Source: Longimicrobiales bacterium
GTDB lineage: Bacteria; Gemmatimonadota; Gemmatimonadetes; Longimicrobiales; Gaopeijiaceae
Assembly (NCBI GenBank): GCA_965226375.1
Contig: CBDDCX010000008.1
Location: 384,001-448,000 of the forward strand
DNA: 64,000 nucleotides
Reading direction: 5' to 3'
The notes beneath the pieces are model-generated. The model worked only from the letters and a program-made list of their open reading frames with translations. It ran no database searches and was not told the DNA's origin. Each line of letters starts with the position of its first letter. The stretch's first letter is position 1. The translations under genes and the position numbers were made by a program. Of this stretch, positions 1 through 9,987 are shown one piece after another.

Positions 1-1
1 T

Positions 2-355
2 TTGGCGCTCGTGCTCTCTGGGGTGGGCACGTACGGTGTGCTGGCCACGGCCGTGGCCGGGCGCCGCCGCGAGATCGGCATTCGGATCGCCCTTGGGGCC
101 GACGCTTTTTCCGTACGGATGATGGTGCTGACATCGGCGGTCGGCATGACCGCAGGAGGCGCGCTGTTGGGCGTAGCGGGCGCCTGGGTCGGATCGCGGT
201 GGCTCCAAGACCTTCTGTTCGAGGTCAGCCCGGCGGATCCCGGGGTGATGGTGTTCTCGGTCGTTCTACTCGTGCTCTTGAGCGGCGCAGCGGCGTGGGT
301 GCCCATCCGTCGCGCGACAGGCGTGGACCCTGCGAGGGTGATTACGATGGAGTAG
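2..355 (+). CDS. ABC transporter permease (MacB/FtsX, ADOP-like), C-terminal part only (window edge)
   Basis: GTYGVL...RRREIGIRIALGA and P.RRATGVDP motifs typical of the FtsX-like C-terminal domain. Confidence 0.9.
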   Translation: MALVLSGVGTYGVLATAVAGRRREIGIRIALGADAFSVRMMVLTSAVGMTAGGALLGVAGAWVGSRWLQDLLFEVSPADPGVMVFSVVLLVLLSGAAAWVPIRRATGVDPARVITME

Positions 356-521
356 AGGGGGATTTCGAGCGTCAGCTGTCTTCGACGGACGCGCGCAACG
401 CGCGATCGAAGGTGTGGATTCGCTTGACCCCGCGACGGCGACAGCAGGCCAGGTGAAGCAGATCCCGAGCGGTGAGACCGGGGTGTCGGGTGATGGAGGA
501 ATCGTCCGCGGCCGTTGGACC

Positions 522-1040
522 TCAGTCCCGTGGTATGGCCAGGTCCGCGAACCCTGCGTCGAGCTCGACGCTCTGGCCTCCGGGGCGGAGGTAGACGGCG
601 ATCCGGTATTCTCCGTCCGGCAGGTCGTCGCCCAGGATGGTATAGCCGCTCACGAGACCGGTCTGGTACTCTTCCGTCGCGCCGGGAGCCAGATCGAGCT
701 CGACCAGAGCCTGCGTGCAGGCGACCTCATCACCGTGATCCCACGCCAGGGCGCCACTCGCGTCGTAGGCTCTCATCAACACCACACATCCGTCGGGGAA
801 GGTGATCGACTGGGAGGTGGTGGACTGGTTCTCGATCTCTACCGTGACCCCGATCTGGACGGGAAACGACTCGGCGATGGCGAAGCTCGTCACATGACAG
901 GTGACCCCACCGACTACCAGTTGACTCTGCAGGTTGGGCCCGGTCGCGCTCTCCGCACAAGCGGCCAGCGCGGTGGTGGCCAGGAGCGCGCTGCACGCCG
1001 TCGCCCAACGCCACGTCTTCACTCGTCGATTCAGGCTCAT
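522..1040 (-). CDS. Secreted lipoprotein, possible BsuPI-like (proteinase-inhibitor-like) Ig-fold domain
   Basis: Signal peptide with LAAC lipobox; VEIENQS..SITFPDGC...W...ACTQAL..L.L.PG pattern. Confidence 0.55.
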   Translation of the reverse strand: MSLNRRVKTWRWATACSALLATTALAACAESATGPNLQSQLVVGGVTCHVTSFAIAESFPVQIGVTVEIENQSTTSQSITFPDGCVVLMRAYDASGALAWDHGDEVACTQALVELDLAPGATEEYQTGLVSGYTILGDDLPDGEYRIAVYLRPGGQSVELDAGFADLAIPRD

Positions 1041-1118
1041 CTATCGGTCTCCGTCGTCACTTGCAGTCCGTCGGCCCGCTGCCGTCACACACATGGCATC
1101 GGGCGCCACAATAGACAT

Positions 1119-1145
1119 AACGCGCGAAAGGCCGGTTTTGTGACA
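1119..1145 (-). promoter_or_regulatory. Putative ECF sigma promoter TGTCACA-N16-CGTT
   Basis: Minus strand TGTCACAAAACCGGCCTTTCGCGCGTT; same boxes and spacing as the motif upstream of the ECF sigma gene (40255-40281). Confidence 0.5.
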
Positions 1146-1216
1146 TGAGATGGCGGTGGGCCGTGCGGTCGGGTGTACGCTCTTGGCATGCCGCGCGCCA
1201 GGCATGGCTCGTCCCG

Positions 1217-2653
1217 TCAGCGTATCACGTACCACTCGGTCTGATAGGTCCGGAAGTACTCATACCCGTTCGCCGTCAGATAGCCGTCATCCTCCATGGG
1301 TATCGTCACCGTGCCCCCGTCGTACTCGGGGACCGCCGTGGTCGCGCTGAATTCGATGGAGCGGTACGCGCCGTCACGGAGGTAGGAGTCCCGACTGGGC
1401 GGTGAGGACAGGTCCATGTTGCGAGCGTTGATGGACGGACCCAGGGCGTGGCCGTGATATCCGATGGGGTGGGAATACAAACTGGGAAGGAAGTCCACCC
1501 CTTCGAGCTTGCCGGCGATGGCCAGGGTGGCCTCCCAGCCGCTCATCCCGGGTCGGGGCTCCGATGCGAACGCCTCGTGAACCAGGTTCGCGTTTCGGAG
1601 AGCGGTCTTCAGCCCCTCGGGTACGTCGTCCTCTCCATCCCGCAGGATGTACGCCACCTTCTGCCAGTCGCTCGCGAAGCCCACGTAGTCGAAGCCGCAG
1701 TCCAGATGGATGATGTCTCCCTGCTGGAAGACGAGGTCGTCCGGGGCCGGGTGGACATAGGGTATCATCTCGCCCGTATCGGGATCGTAGCGCTGAACCG
1801 CCACGTGGATCTCGAACCAAGGTTTTCCACCCACCCCAAGCTCGGCCACGCTCTCCTCGAAGAACCACTTGATATCAGCGGCTCGGGTAACCCCGGGGGT
1901 GACGACGACATTGGAGAGAGCCGTCTGCGCGATCACTGAGGTGGCCAGTACCAGGGCTCGATAGGGCTCCAGCTCGTCGGCCAGACGGGTATCGAACACG
2001 TCTTCGATGAGCTCCACGGCGGATACGAAGCGCGATTCCGCCTCGGCACCCATCGCATCCGCGAGAAACTGGTAGCCGTCGTGAGTGAGACCGCTGTCGT
2101 GTCCCCGGCGACCGCCCATGTTGAGTCCGATCGAGGTGGGGCGATAGCGCTCCCACAGCGCCTGGAGACCGGTGCGGGTGTCCTGGATGCCGCGCGCATT
2201 CCTCGCGGCCGGGATGGGCTCGAAGAAGCGGCGGTAATCTTCGGTGGGTCGCCAGTAGTCGGAGTAGCTGGCGAGGCCCCGTTCGCCGTCATCCACGAAC
2301 ACCATCACGTCGCGTCGCCGCGTGTAGTGTAGCGGGGGTGCCACATACTGGGTCACGGCGTCGGGATGGAACTCCTCGCTCACCACGATCCACATTTCGA
2401 TGCCGTGCTCGCGCATCTGTTCGAGGAGGAGCGGGCGCTTCTGGTCCAGCCACTCAAGGCGGAGTTCGTACTGGGCTCGCATGCCGAGGAGCTCGGGCAT
2501 GGCCGGGATGACGCGGCCGTCGAACAGCTCAATCGGGCCTTCGCCAGCCCCCCCGTTCTCGTCGCGCGCAGGACCGTCGGTGCAGGAGACGAGGAGTGCG
2601 GCGACAGCTGAGCAGATGACTACACGGTAGGCTGCTTGTCTCCTGGCCGTCAT
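1217..2653 (-). CDS. M24 family (Xaa-Pro type) metallopeptidase, lipoprotein
   Basis: Pita-bread ligands HLDCG, SDWQK, SHPIGYHGH, SIEF, MEDD; LVSC lipobox; start placed at ATG 2653, overlapping the upstream stop (ATGA). Confidence 0.85.
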   Translation of the reverse strand: MTARRQAAYRVVICSAVAALLVSCTDGPARDENGGAGEGPIELFDGRVIPAMPELLGMRAQYELRLEWLDQKRPLLLEQMREHGIEMWIVVSEEFHPDAVTQYVAPPLHYTRRRDVMVFVDDGERGLASYSDYWRPTEDYRRFFEPIPAARNARGIQDTRTGLQALWERYRPTSIGLNMGGRRGHDSGLTHDGYQFLADAMGAEAESRFVSAVELIEDVFDTRLADELEPYRALVLATSVIAQTALSNVVVTPGVTRAADIKWFFEESVAELGVGGKPWFEIHVAVQRYDPDTGEMIPYVHPAPDDLVFQQGDIIHLDCGFDYVGFASDWQKVAYILRDGEDDVPEGLKTALRNANLVHEAFASEPRPGMSGWEATLAIAGKLEGVDFLPSLYSHPIGYHGHALGPSINARNMDLSSPPSRDSYLRDGAYRSIEFSATTAVPEYDGGTVTIPMEDDGYLTANGYEYFRTYQTEWYVIR

Positions 2654-4077
2654 ATGCTGCAGACCTGCCCTTCCCCGTCTATCATCGGGAAGCCGGCATC
2701 CTCCCAGGCGGTCATTCCGCCTGTCACGTTGTAGAGGTCCCCGTAGCCGTGCCGGAGCAAGAGACTTATGGCCGTGCTGGAACGGTTGCCTCCTCCACAG
2801 AGCACCGCGATGGAGTCGTCGGTGGCCAGCTCCAGCTTGTCGATCTGGGCCAGTACGTCCAGCTGTGGCGCCATACTGATGTAGGGCATGAAGTGGGCCC
2901 CTTCGATGTGACCCTCGTCCCATTCGTCGCTCTCACGAACATCAAGCGTCCTGAGGCCGTTGGCGGACAGCATGCTCTTCAGTTCATGGACGTCGATCTG
3001 GGGGGTCACCTCCAGGGCGTGTCCTGCTTCGACCCATGCCCCGACACCGCCGTCGAGATACCCGGCCACGAGACGATCCAGCGCGATGAACGCCATCTTG
3101 TAGATGCACGTCTGAGCGTCCTCGGCGGTCTCGCTGAGCAGAAGCAACGGTGTGTCGTCGGGCACCACCCAACCGACTCGCTGCTCGAACTCCGACCCCG
3201 ACTGCTGCACATGGTAGGACCCCGGAATGTGGCCGGCACCGAAGGCGGCCGTGGAGCGCGTGTCGATCAAGGCGTGCCCGGCCTCCATCAGTTCCTGGAC
3301 TCGCTCGAGTGTGAGGGGCTGGGCTGTGGGGATCGTCGACGTCAGCTCCACATGCCCTTGATTCGTCGCGACGATGTTCAGGATGTTCGATAGCTTCAGC
3401 GGCTGATCCTCATCCATATAGGCCGTGAACCGGTCCCGATCCTTGATCGTGAGCGCAGCGTTGTAGCGCCGCTCGTATCCAACCGTTGTGGCAACCTTGC
3501 CACTGGAGACGCGGCCTCACGTGGAGCCGGCGATGTGCCCCGGATAGACCTCCACATGGTCGGGGAGGTCGAGGAAACGTGGTATGGACACGTCGAAGAG
3601 GACGGGCGCACCCTCTTCGCCGGCCTGCGCCAGGTCGGGACGAGCCACATCGCCCACGAACACGAAGTCGGCCGTGAGGATGAACCAGGGCTCGGGCCCC
3701 CGCGGATAGTCGTACACCAGAAGGTTGATCTGCTCGGGGCGATGTCCAGGGGCGTGGACGACCTCCATGCCCACGCCACCCATTCTGATCATGTCTCCGT
3801 GCTTCACCCGCGTGGCTTCGTACGTGATTTCGGTCAACTCCGGCAGGATCAACTCTCCGCCGGTCGCCTCGGCCAGAAGCCGTGCACCCGATACGTGGTC
3901 CGCATGGCTGTGGGAGTCGATGACGTACCGGATGGTCGAGCCCTGCTTCTTGGCCATGTCCAGGTAGGGCTGGATATCCCAGAGAGGATCGAACACGGCG
4001 CATTCACCGGTGCGCTGACAGCCGATCATGTAGGCTGCGCAGCCTGTCTCTTCACGGATGATCGTTTCCAACCACAT
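2650..4077 (-). CDS. MBL-fold persulfide dioxygenase-like/rhodanese fusion (CstB-like), predicted selenoprotein (in-frame TGA 3517-3519, codon 187; 475 aa)
   Basis: ORFs 3517..4179 and 2650..3417 are in the same frame and separated only by one TGA; read-through gives YPGHIAGST-U-GRVSSGKVATTVGYERRYN. SHSHADH MBL motif, two rhodanese domains with CGGGNRS loop in the second, AAGGAG RBS before ATG 4077. Confidence 0.88.
3478..3516 (-). promoter_or_regulatory. Putative bacterial SECIS element
   Basis: Hairpin GTGGCA-AGGT-TGCCAC starts 13 nt after the TGA, with a possible outer TCCA/TGGA pair. Confidence 0.75.
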
Positions 4078-4356
4078 CGCGGTACTCCTTACCGGTAGGC
4101 GCTTTCTACGGTTGGGCGCTCTTTCCGGGCCCCGAGGCCGACTCAGGAATGCCGTCTTAAGGTAGCATCCGTCCGGCAAACCGCACGCTTCGGGGCATCG
4201 CGTCGGGTGTGAGACAACGGCTCGGAGTGGGAATCGCGGCGGGAGCCGCGGTAGAGCCCGCGGCGGAGCCGCGGTATATGGCTTGTCGAGTCGCCTGTGC
4301 TGGACGTAGGCTGACGAGCATCGAAACGGCTCGTCTCCGATCAGAAAGGATCAGCC

Positions 4357-4788
4357 TTGCCCGAAGTCCGACTAGAGCTCTCCCCGTATCAGCGCTTCCT
4401 GGGCGTAGAGCTTGTCCAGGCCGAAGAAGGGCTCGTGGTGATACGCCTGCCGTTCCGGGAGGAGTTCTTGCGACTGGACGACTCCGACTGGCTGCACGGT
4501 GGAATCGTCAGTGCGCTGGCGGACATAGCGGGGGCGTACGCGGTCTTCACGTCCATCGGAGAGGGCGTGCCGACCATCGATCTACGAATCGATTGGCTGC
4601 GGCCGGCCCGACGGGGCACGCTGACGGCGACGGGGCGCACGGTGAAGACCGGACGGCGGGTGTGCGTGGCGGACGTGGAGGTTCGCGACGACGCGGATAC
4701 CCTGCTGGCCGTGGCCCGGGGGACGTTCGCCACGCCCGATCGACCGGCCGAGTCGGCAGACGAGTCGCCAGCTTCGTCTAGCGGCTAG
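4357..4788 (+). CDS. PaaI family hot-dog thioesterase
   Basis: LHGGIVSALADIAG and TIDLRIDWLRPA motifs. Confidence 0.9.
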   Translation: MPEVRLELSPYQRFLGVELVQAEEGLVVIRLPFREEFLRLDDSDWLHGGIVSALADIAGAYAVFTSIGEGVPTIDLRIDWLRPARRGTLTATGRTVKTGRRVCVADVEVRDDADTLLAVARGTFATPDRPAESADESPASSSG

Positions 4789-4823
4789 GGGATCGGGCGA
4801 CCCATGGCGACTCCAGGCTCGAC

Positions 4824-5831
4824 GTGAAGGCCGCCGTCCTGCACGGTCACGGTGATCTGGACCAGATCGTCTACCAGGACTTTGCCGACCCGGAGATGGG
4901 GCCCGAGCAGGTGCTGCTCGGGGTGAAGGCGACCTCCGTCAACTTCCACGACCTGTTCACCCGTCGGGGGATGCCGGGCATCGAAATCTCCTTTCCGCTG
5001 ATTACCGGGTCGGACATCGCTGGAGAGATCCTGAACGTGGGGGCGTCTGTGCAAGGCTGGCAGGCAGGCGATCGGGTGCTCGTCGACCCGGTCGACCTCG
5101 AAGATGGCCGGCCGGGCATGCTCGGAGAGACATCTCACGGAGGGAGGGCGGAGCGAGTCGCGGTGAAGGCGTCACAGCTCATTCGCATGCCCGATGACGT
5201 GACCTATGAGGCCGCTGCCTCCCTCCCACTCGCCTATGGCACGGCCTACCGGATGATGGTGACCCAGGGACAGGTGTCTGCCGGTGACAAGGTACTCGTT
5301 CTGGGGGCGTCGGGAGGGGTAGGCACGGGGTGTGTATTGTTGGCCAAGCTCGCCGGCGCCGAGGTAGTCGCGTGCTCCAGCTCCGAGGCGAAGCTCGAAC
5401 GACTCGGCGAGCTCGGCGCCGACCATCTGATCCACTACGGGGAACATGATCTCCACAAGGAGATCTACCGGATCTTCGGCAAGCCCCGTGTTCTGGGTGG
5501 GGGAGGGGTGGACGTGGTCGTGAATTTCACCGGCGGCGACACATGGGCCACATCACTCAAGTGTCTGACCAAGGGAGGCCGGCTTCTGACGTGTGGTGCC
5601 ACGGCGGGATACGATCCCCAGACCGACATCCGCTACATCTGGACGTTCGAGCAGAGGATCATCGGCTCCGACGGCTGGCTGCGGCGCGACCTGGAAGAGC
5701 TTCTGCGCATGGACTCCGACGGACGCCTGTCACCTGTTATCGATCGTGTAATGCCGCTCGCGGAGGCCCGGGAGGCCGAAGCGCTCCTGGAGGCGCGAGA
5801 GGTGTTCGGCAAGCTCGTACTCGTCCCGTGA
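4824..5831 (+). CDS. MDR superfamily (quinone oxidoreductase/zinc-binding ADH-like) oxidoreductase
   Basis: N.HDL...G, GSDIAG, GASGGVG and GKLVL motifs. Confidence 0.9.
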   Translation: MKAAVLHGHGDLDQIVYQDFADPEMGPEQVLLGVKATSVNFHDLFTRRGMPGIEISFPLITGSDIAGEILNVGASVQGWQAGDRVLVDPVDLEDGRPGMLGETSHGGRAERVAVKASQLIRMPDDVTYEAAASLPLAYGTAYRMMVTQGQVSAGDKVLVLGASGGVGTGCVLLAKLAGAEVVACSSSEAKLERLGELGADHLIHYGEHDLHKEIYRIFGKPRVLGGGGVDVVVNFTGGDTWATSLKCLTKGGRLLTCGATAGYDPQTDIRYIWTFEQRIIGSDGWLRRDLEELLRMDSDGRLSPVIDRVMPLAEAREAEALLEAREVFGKLVLVP

Positions 5832-6763
5832 CGGGTGATGCGCCCCGCTCCTCGGGGGACATCGACCACCTGGTGCTTGCCGTGCCCGATCTGGACGTCG
5901 CCCGTCATGCGTACTCCGCGATGGGCTTCCAGCTTTCTCCCCGGGCCGTGCATGAGTCCCTGGGGACGGCCAACCACGTCTTCGTGTTCGGCTCGACGTA
6001 CTGCGAACTGCTGGACGTGGTGGATCCGGACCTGGCGGCAGACTCGGTCGGGGGAGCGCTGGCTGCCGGCTCGGGCGTTGCCGGGCTCGCACTTCGCGGG
6101 AGCGCCGACGGGGCTTTCTCCGAGTACGGGGAGCGGGGCATCGTCGCCGCCGAAGCCTTGGAGTTCTCTCGTGCGGCACATATAGCCGGAGCAAAGCGGA
6201 CCGCCCGGTTCCGCATCAGCAAGTTCGCCGACGGCAGCGTGCCCGGGTTCTTCACCTTCGTGTGTGAGCACCTCACCCCCGAGTTCGTTTGGTATCCTGA
6301 AGTCCAGATACACGAAAACGGCGTCACCGGCATCGAAGAGGTGCTCGTTCGTGCCGACGATCCGGCGACGGCCGCAGCCCCCTTCGAACGAGTTCGAGCC
6401 GGATCGGCGAGTGAGGATGGCGGCACGTGGAGTGTGGACCTGGGCCCTCGGCTGCTGATGCGTACGCCCGGGGAGCTGAGCGACTGTTATCCTGGGCTGA
6501 GCGAATCCTATCCGGGGCGGATCGGGTCCTATCCTGGACTGAGCCCGGCGGAAGCCGGGGCGTCGGCGGAGCGCGCCGCCGGAGCCGAATCCACCGATGC
6601 GGGTGTGGCGGGTATCGGCGTCGCTTTCTCGACGTCTTCTCTGGCGGGTGCGATCGCATGCCTCGAGGCTGCGACGGTTCCGTACGCAGAGACCGACACC
6701 GGCTCGATCTACGTGCTTCCGGCGGAGGCGTGCGGGGTCCTCGTCGAGTTCCGGCAAGCGTGA
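5828..6763 (+). CDS. VOC/glyoxalase-like family protein
   Basis: IDHLVLAVPDL, H..LGTAN...FG.TYCELL and HENGVTGI motifs; GTG 5828 overlaps the upstream stop. Confidence 0.8.
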   Translation: MTGDAPRSSGDIDHLVLAVPDLDVARHAYSAMGFQLSPRAVHESLGTANHVFVFGSTYCELLDVVDPDLAADSVGGALAAGSGVAGLALRGSADGAFSEYGERGIVAAEALEFSRAAHIAGAKRTARFRISKFADGSVPGFFTFVCEHLTPEFVWYPEVQIHENGVTGIEEVLVRADDPATAAAPFERVRAGSASEDGGTWSVDLGPRLLMRTPGELSDCYPGLSESYPGRIGSYPGLSPAEAGASAERAAGAESTDAGVAGIGVAFSTSSLAGAIACLEAATVPYAETDTGSIYVLPAEACGVLVEFRQA

Positions 6764-6764
6764 C

Positions 6765-8156
6765 GTGACGAGCGACCCGTTCCCGCCCTCGATCCCGGCG
6801 ACTCCGATAGAAACGCGCGCCTACCCTCTCGCCGAGCAGATTCCGGCGGAGGTTCTGGACGCCGAGGTTCGGGAGTTGGAGCAGCTCCAGAGCCGACCGT
6901 TGCCGTTCCGGGTGCTCGGGTACTGCCGGTTGGGCGGCCCCGGCTTCATGAACGCCGCCGCCACGCTGGGAGCGGGGACTCTCACTGCCACGATGCTCGG
7001 CGCTGCCACCTTCGGCTACCGGCTCATATGGCTGACCTGGGTCTCGATGGGCCTCGGCGTCTTCATGATGGTGGCGATGGCGCGTTTCACGTGCCGGGGC
7101 GGCTTTCGGGTCATCGCGGTGCAGAACCGCTATCACGGTTGGGTCGTCGGCTCCCTCATGACCGCTCTGGTGGGAACGGTGTTCGTGGCTGTTCTCTTCA
7201 ACGCCGGCCAATATAGTCTGGGCTCTCATCTCATCGAGTCTCTCGCGCCCCTGCTCGGGTTCGAGTTCCCGCGCTCGGTCAATTGGATCGCCTACATGGC
7301 GATCACGACTTGGCTCGTGTTGAGCTACGGGCGTCGCGGCAGGCGCGGGGTGCGCTTCGTCGAAGGCTTCATGAAGGCGGGCATCGGCCTGATGCTTCTG
7401 TGCTTCGGGGCGAGCCTCATGGTTGTGGGTGTCGATTGGGGAGCCGCTCTTCACGGCATCTTCGTTCCGTGGCTCCCACCGGGTGGGGACGGACTCGATA
7501 TCTTCGTCGCCTCGTCTGCGGCCGCGATCGGGGTGATGGACTGGGTCTTCTTCAGCTACGCCGGGCTGGCCCGAGGTTGGGGACGTCGTCACGAGCAGCT
7601 GGCACGGTTCGATATCGTCATGGGCCTGCTGGTGCCGTTCGTCCTTGTCAACTTCATCGTTGCAGGTGTGTTCGCGGCCACGCTTTTCGAACGAGGCCTG
7701 CAACCCGACACGGCACAGCAGCTGGCGGAGGCGCTGGTGCCCCTCCTGGGACCGACCTGGGCGCCGGTCCTCTTCTACCTCGGCTTTCTCGCAGTGCCCA
7801 TCACTACAACGGTGGGGATGAGCATCGCCGGCGCCATGGCACTGCACGAGGCCTTTGGGTGGGAGCCCGACACCAGCTCATGGCGTTGGCGCGTGAGCGC
7901 CCTACTCCCTCAGATAGGCTTCTTGGCCGTTTGGTATCCCAACCCCATCTGGTTGATCATCGTCATCGGAGCTTTCCTGGCACTGACCAACAACATCGTG
8001 GGTTGGTCATTCTTTCTGTTGCTCAACGATCGGAGGGTGCTGGGAGACGATCGCTCGAGGTCCTATCTGTGGAACCTGGGTATCCTTCTCCAGATCACCC
8101 TCCTGAACTCGGTGGCGATCATCTACCTCTTCAACCGACTGGGCTGGTGGGCATGA
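6765..8156 (+). CDS. NRAMP-like divalent cation/APC-superfamily transporter
   Basis: GPGFMNAAATLGAG....GA.FGY.L.W motif and about 11 hydrophobic segments; start approximate. Confidence 0.75.
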   Translation: MTSDPFPPSIPATPIETRAYPLAEQIPAEVLDAEVRELEQLQSRPLPFRVLGYCRLGGPGFMNAAATLGAGTLTATMLGAATFGYRLIWLTWVSMGLGVFMMVAMARFTCRGGFRVIAVQNRYHGWVVGSLMTALVGTVFVAVLFNAGQYSLGSHLIESLAPLLGFEFPRSVNWIAYMAITTWLVLSYGRRGRRGVRFVEGFMKAGIGLMLLCFGASLMVVGVDWGAALHGIFVPWLPPGGDGLDIFVASSAAAIGVMDWVFFSYAGLARGWGRRHEQLARFDIVMGLLVPFVLVNFIVAGVFAATLFERGLQPDTAQQLAEALVPLLGPTWAPVLFYLGFLAVPITTTVGMSIAGAMALHEAFGWEPDTSSWRWRVSALLPQIGFLAVWYPNPIWLIIVIGAFLALTNNIVGWSFFLLLNDRRVLGDDRSRSYLWNLGILLQITLLNSVAIIYLFNRLGWWA

Positions 8157-8193
8157 TGAAGTATCTCCCCAGGCGTCGGGTGCGCGGGGTCGT

Positions 8194-8394
8194 ATGATCG
8201 ACCTCGAGAAGCGCTACGGACCCTGGTCGGGCCGCATATGGGGCCTGATCCTCAATTTCGTCAGCAACGGTGTGGCCCTGTACGGAGTTGCCGGTGTGCT
8301 GGACAATGGCAGCCGCTGGCCTGTGCTGATCGCCGGCGTGGTGATGACCGCCATCTGCGTGCTGGTGCTCGCCAACCCCAGCCCGGACGAGTAG
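8194..8394 (+). CDS. Small two-TM membrane protein
   Basis: 66-aa ORF with two hydrophobic helices filling the gap between genes. Confidence 0.6.
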   Translation: MIDLEKRYGPWSGRIWGLILNFVSNGVALYGVAGVLDNGSRWPVLIAGVVMTAICVLVLANPSPDE

Positions 8395-8413
8395 TTGCGC
8401 TGTAGACGCGAGG

Positions 8414-9985
8414 TCACGACTCTCTTGCGGCCTCTTCGGCGGCCCGTTCTGCCAGAGCCGTCCGGTCGATCTTTCCGGTCCCACCAAGGGGAAGAGCATC
8501 GACGATGAAGGCTCGCCGCGGGTGCGCATACGGTGCGCCGCGCTCGAGAAAGAAGGCCTTCAGCTCGGTCTCGTCTGACACCCCGGGCTCCCTCTCGACG
8601 ACGAAGGCCACCGGCACCGCGCCCTTCACGGAGTGAGGCATGGGGACCACGCACGCGTCACGGATGTTGGGATGCCGCAGGAGGATGTCCTCGACCTCCT
8701 TGGGATAGACGTTCTCCCCGGCCACACTGATCATGTCGTCGTTCCGGCCCAGGAAGTAAAAGAAGCCGTCGACGTCCTGACGCATGACATCGCCGGTGTG
8801 GAGCCAGCCGTCACGGAACTTCTCCGCCGTAGCATCGGGCCGATTCCAGTATCCCTTCGCGAGACCCGGATTCCGGGTGACCAGCTCGCCCGGCTCGTCG
8901 GGGCCGACCTCGGTGACGCCGTCTTCGCCCACCAGCTTTACGTGGCATCCGTCGAAGGCCTTGCCACAGCTGCCCAGTCTCTTGTCGCCGTCGCGTGTGT
9001 TGATCACCGGGACCGGACCACCCTCCGTAAGGCCGTAGCTCTCCGCCATCTTGGCACCGAAGACATCCTCGAACTCCGAGAGGAGCTCCTCCGGCACCTC
9101 GGCCGAGCCGACCAGAGCGTAGCGGATCGAGCCGACGTCATGACGGGAGAGTGCTTCGCCTTCTGCGAGGATCATCTTGAACATGGCCGGGACGCCGGTC
9201 ATGAAGGTGACCCGGTAGCGCTCGATGGCCTGGATCACCTGCTTGGGCTCGAAGCCCTCGAGGATCACGAACGATCCGCCGACCAGAAGGAAGGGCTTTA
9301 CCGTTCCGATCATGGCGTTCTTGTGGTAGAGCGGAACCGCCACGAGGGCCCGCTCGTCCTGATTCAATTGGTGGGCCCGCCGGAGGACATCGGTGTTCCA
9401 GATTTGCCCTCGATGCGTCAGGAGGACCCCTTTGGGCTTCCCCGTGGACCCCGACGTGTAAGGCTGCATGCATACGTCGTCCGGGTCGAGCTTGCGCCGG
9501 GGCAGGGAGTTGGACGCTCCCGACATCGCTTCGGCGTAGTCGATCTCGTGAACGGCGCCGTCCCGCGCCCCCGAGCCTACCCCTTGGGGCAGCTCGAAGA
9601 TGAGTTTCGTGACGGCGGGGGTCCGAGCGGCGATCCTTCGGGCCCGCTCCACCATTCCCGAGCTCGCGATGAGAACTTCTGCCGAGGAGTCCGCCAGCAC
9701 GAAGGCGAGGGCCTCGTCTCCCATCCGGATGTTCAGGGGCACCGGCACGGCCCCAAGCCGCATCGGACCGAAACAAGAGTCCAAGAATCGGAAGTCGTTT
9801 TGGAACATGAGGGCCACGCGGTCCCCGGAGCCGACTCCCAGACCCGCGAGGACGTTCGCCATCTTGTTGCACCGGCCGTCGAGCTCCGCATACGTCAGAG
9901 TCGTATAACCCTGAAGCACCGCGGGAGCCGACGGCCTCGACCCGAGGGCGTCGTCGAAGATGTAGCCGAGCGTCTCGGGAAGCAT
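8414..9985 (-). CDS. AMP-binding acyl-CoA synthetase (class I adenylate-forming enzyme)
   Basis: YTSGSTGKPKG, SYGLTEG, TGD and GKI motifs. Confidence 0.95.
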   Translation of the reverse strand: MLPETLGYIFDDALGSRPSAPAVLQGYTTLTYAELDGRCNKMANVLAGLGVGSGDRVALMFQNDFRFLDSCFGPMRLGAVPVPLNIRMGDEALAFVLADSSAEVLIASSGMVERARRIAARTPAVTKLIFELPQGVGSGARDGAVHEIDYAEAMSGASNSLPRRKLDPDDVCMQPYTSGSTGKPKGVLLTHRGQIWNTDVLRRAHQLNQDERALVAVPLYHKNAMIGTVKPFLLVGGSFVILEGFEPKQVIQAIERYRVTFMTGVPAMFKMILAEGEALSRHDVGSIRYALVGSAEVPEELLSEFEDVFGAKMAESYGLTEGGPVPVINTRDGDKRLGSCGKAFDGCHVKLVGEDGVTEVGPDEPGELVTRNPGLAKGYWNRPDATAEKFRDGWLHTGDVMRQDVDGFFYFLGRNDDMISVAGENVYPKEVEDILLRHPNIRDACVVPMPHSVKGAVPVAFVVEREPGVSDETELKAFFLERGAPYAHPRRAFIVDALPLGGTGKIDRTALAERAAEEAARES

Positions 9986-9987
9986 GC

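Noticed and set aside
414..1148. Plus-strand 244-aa ORF
   Set aside because: Antisense to the lipoprotein gene at 522-1040, which has a signal peptide and a candidate promoter
4236..4277. Short imperfect direct repeat GCGGCG(G)GAGCCGCGGTA between divergent genes
   Set aside because: Two GC-rich copies only; could be an operator but there is no supporting evidence
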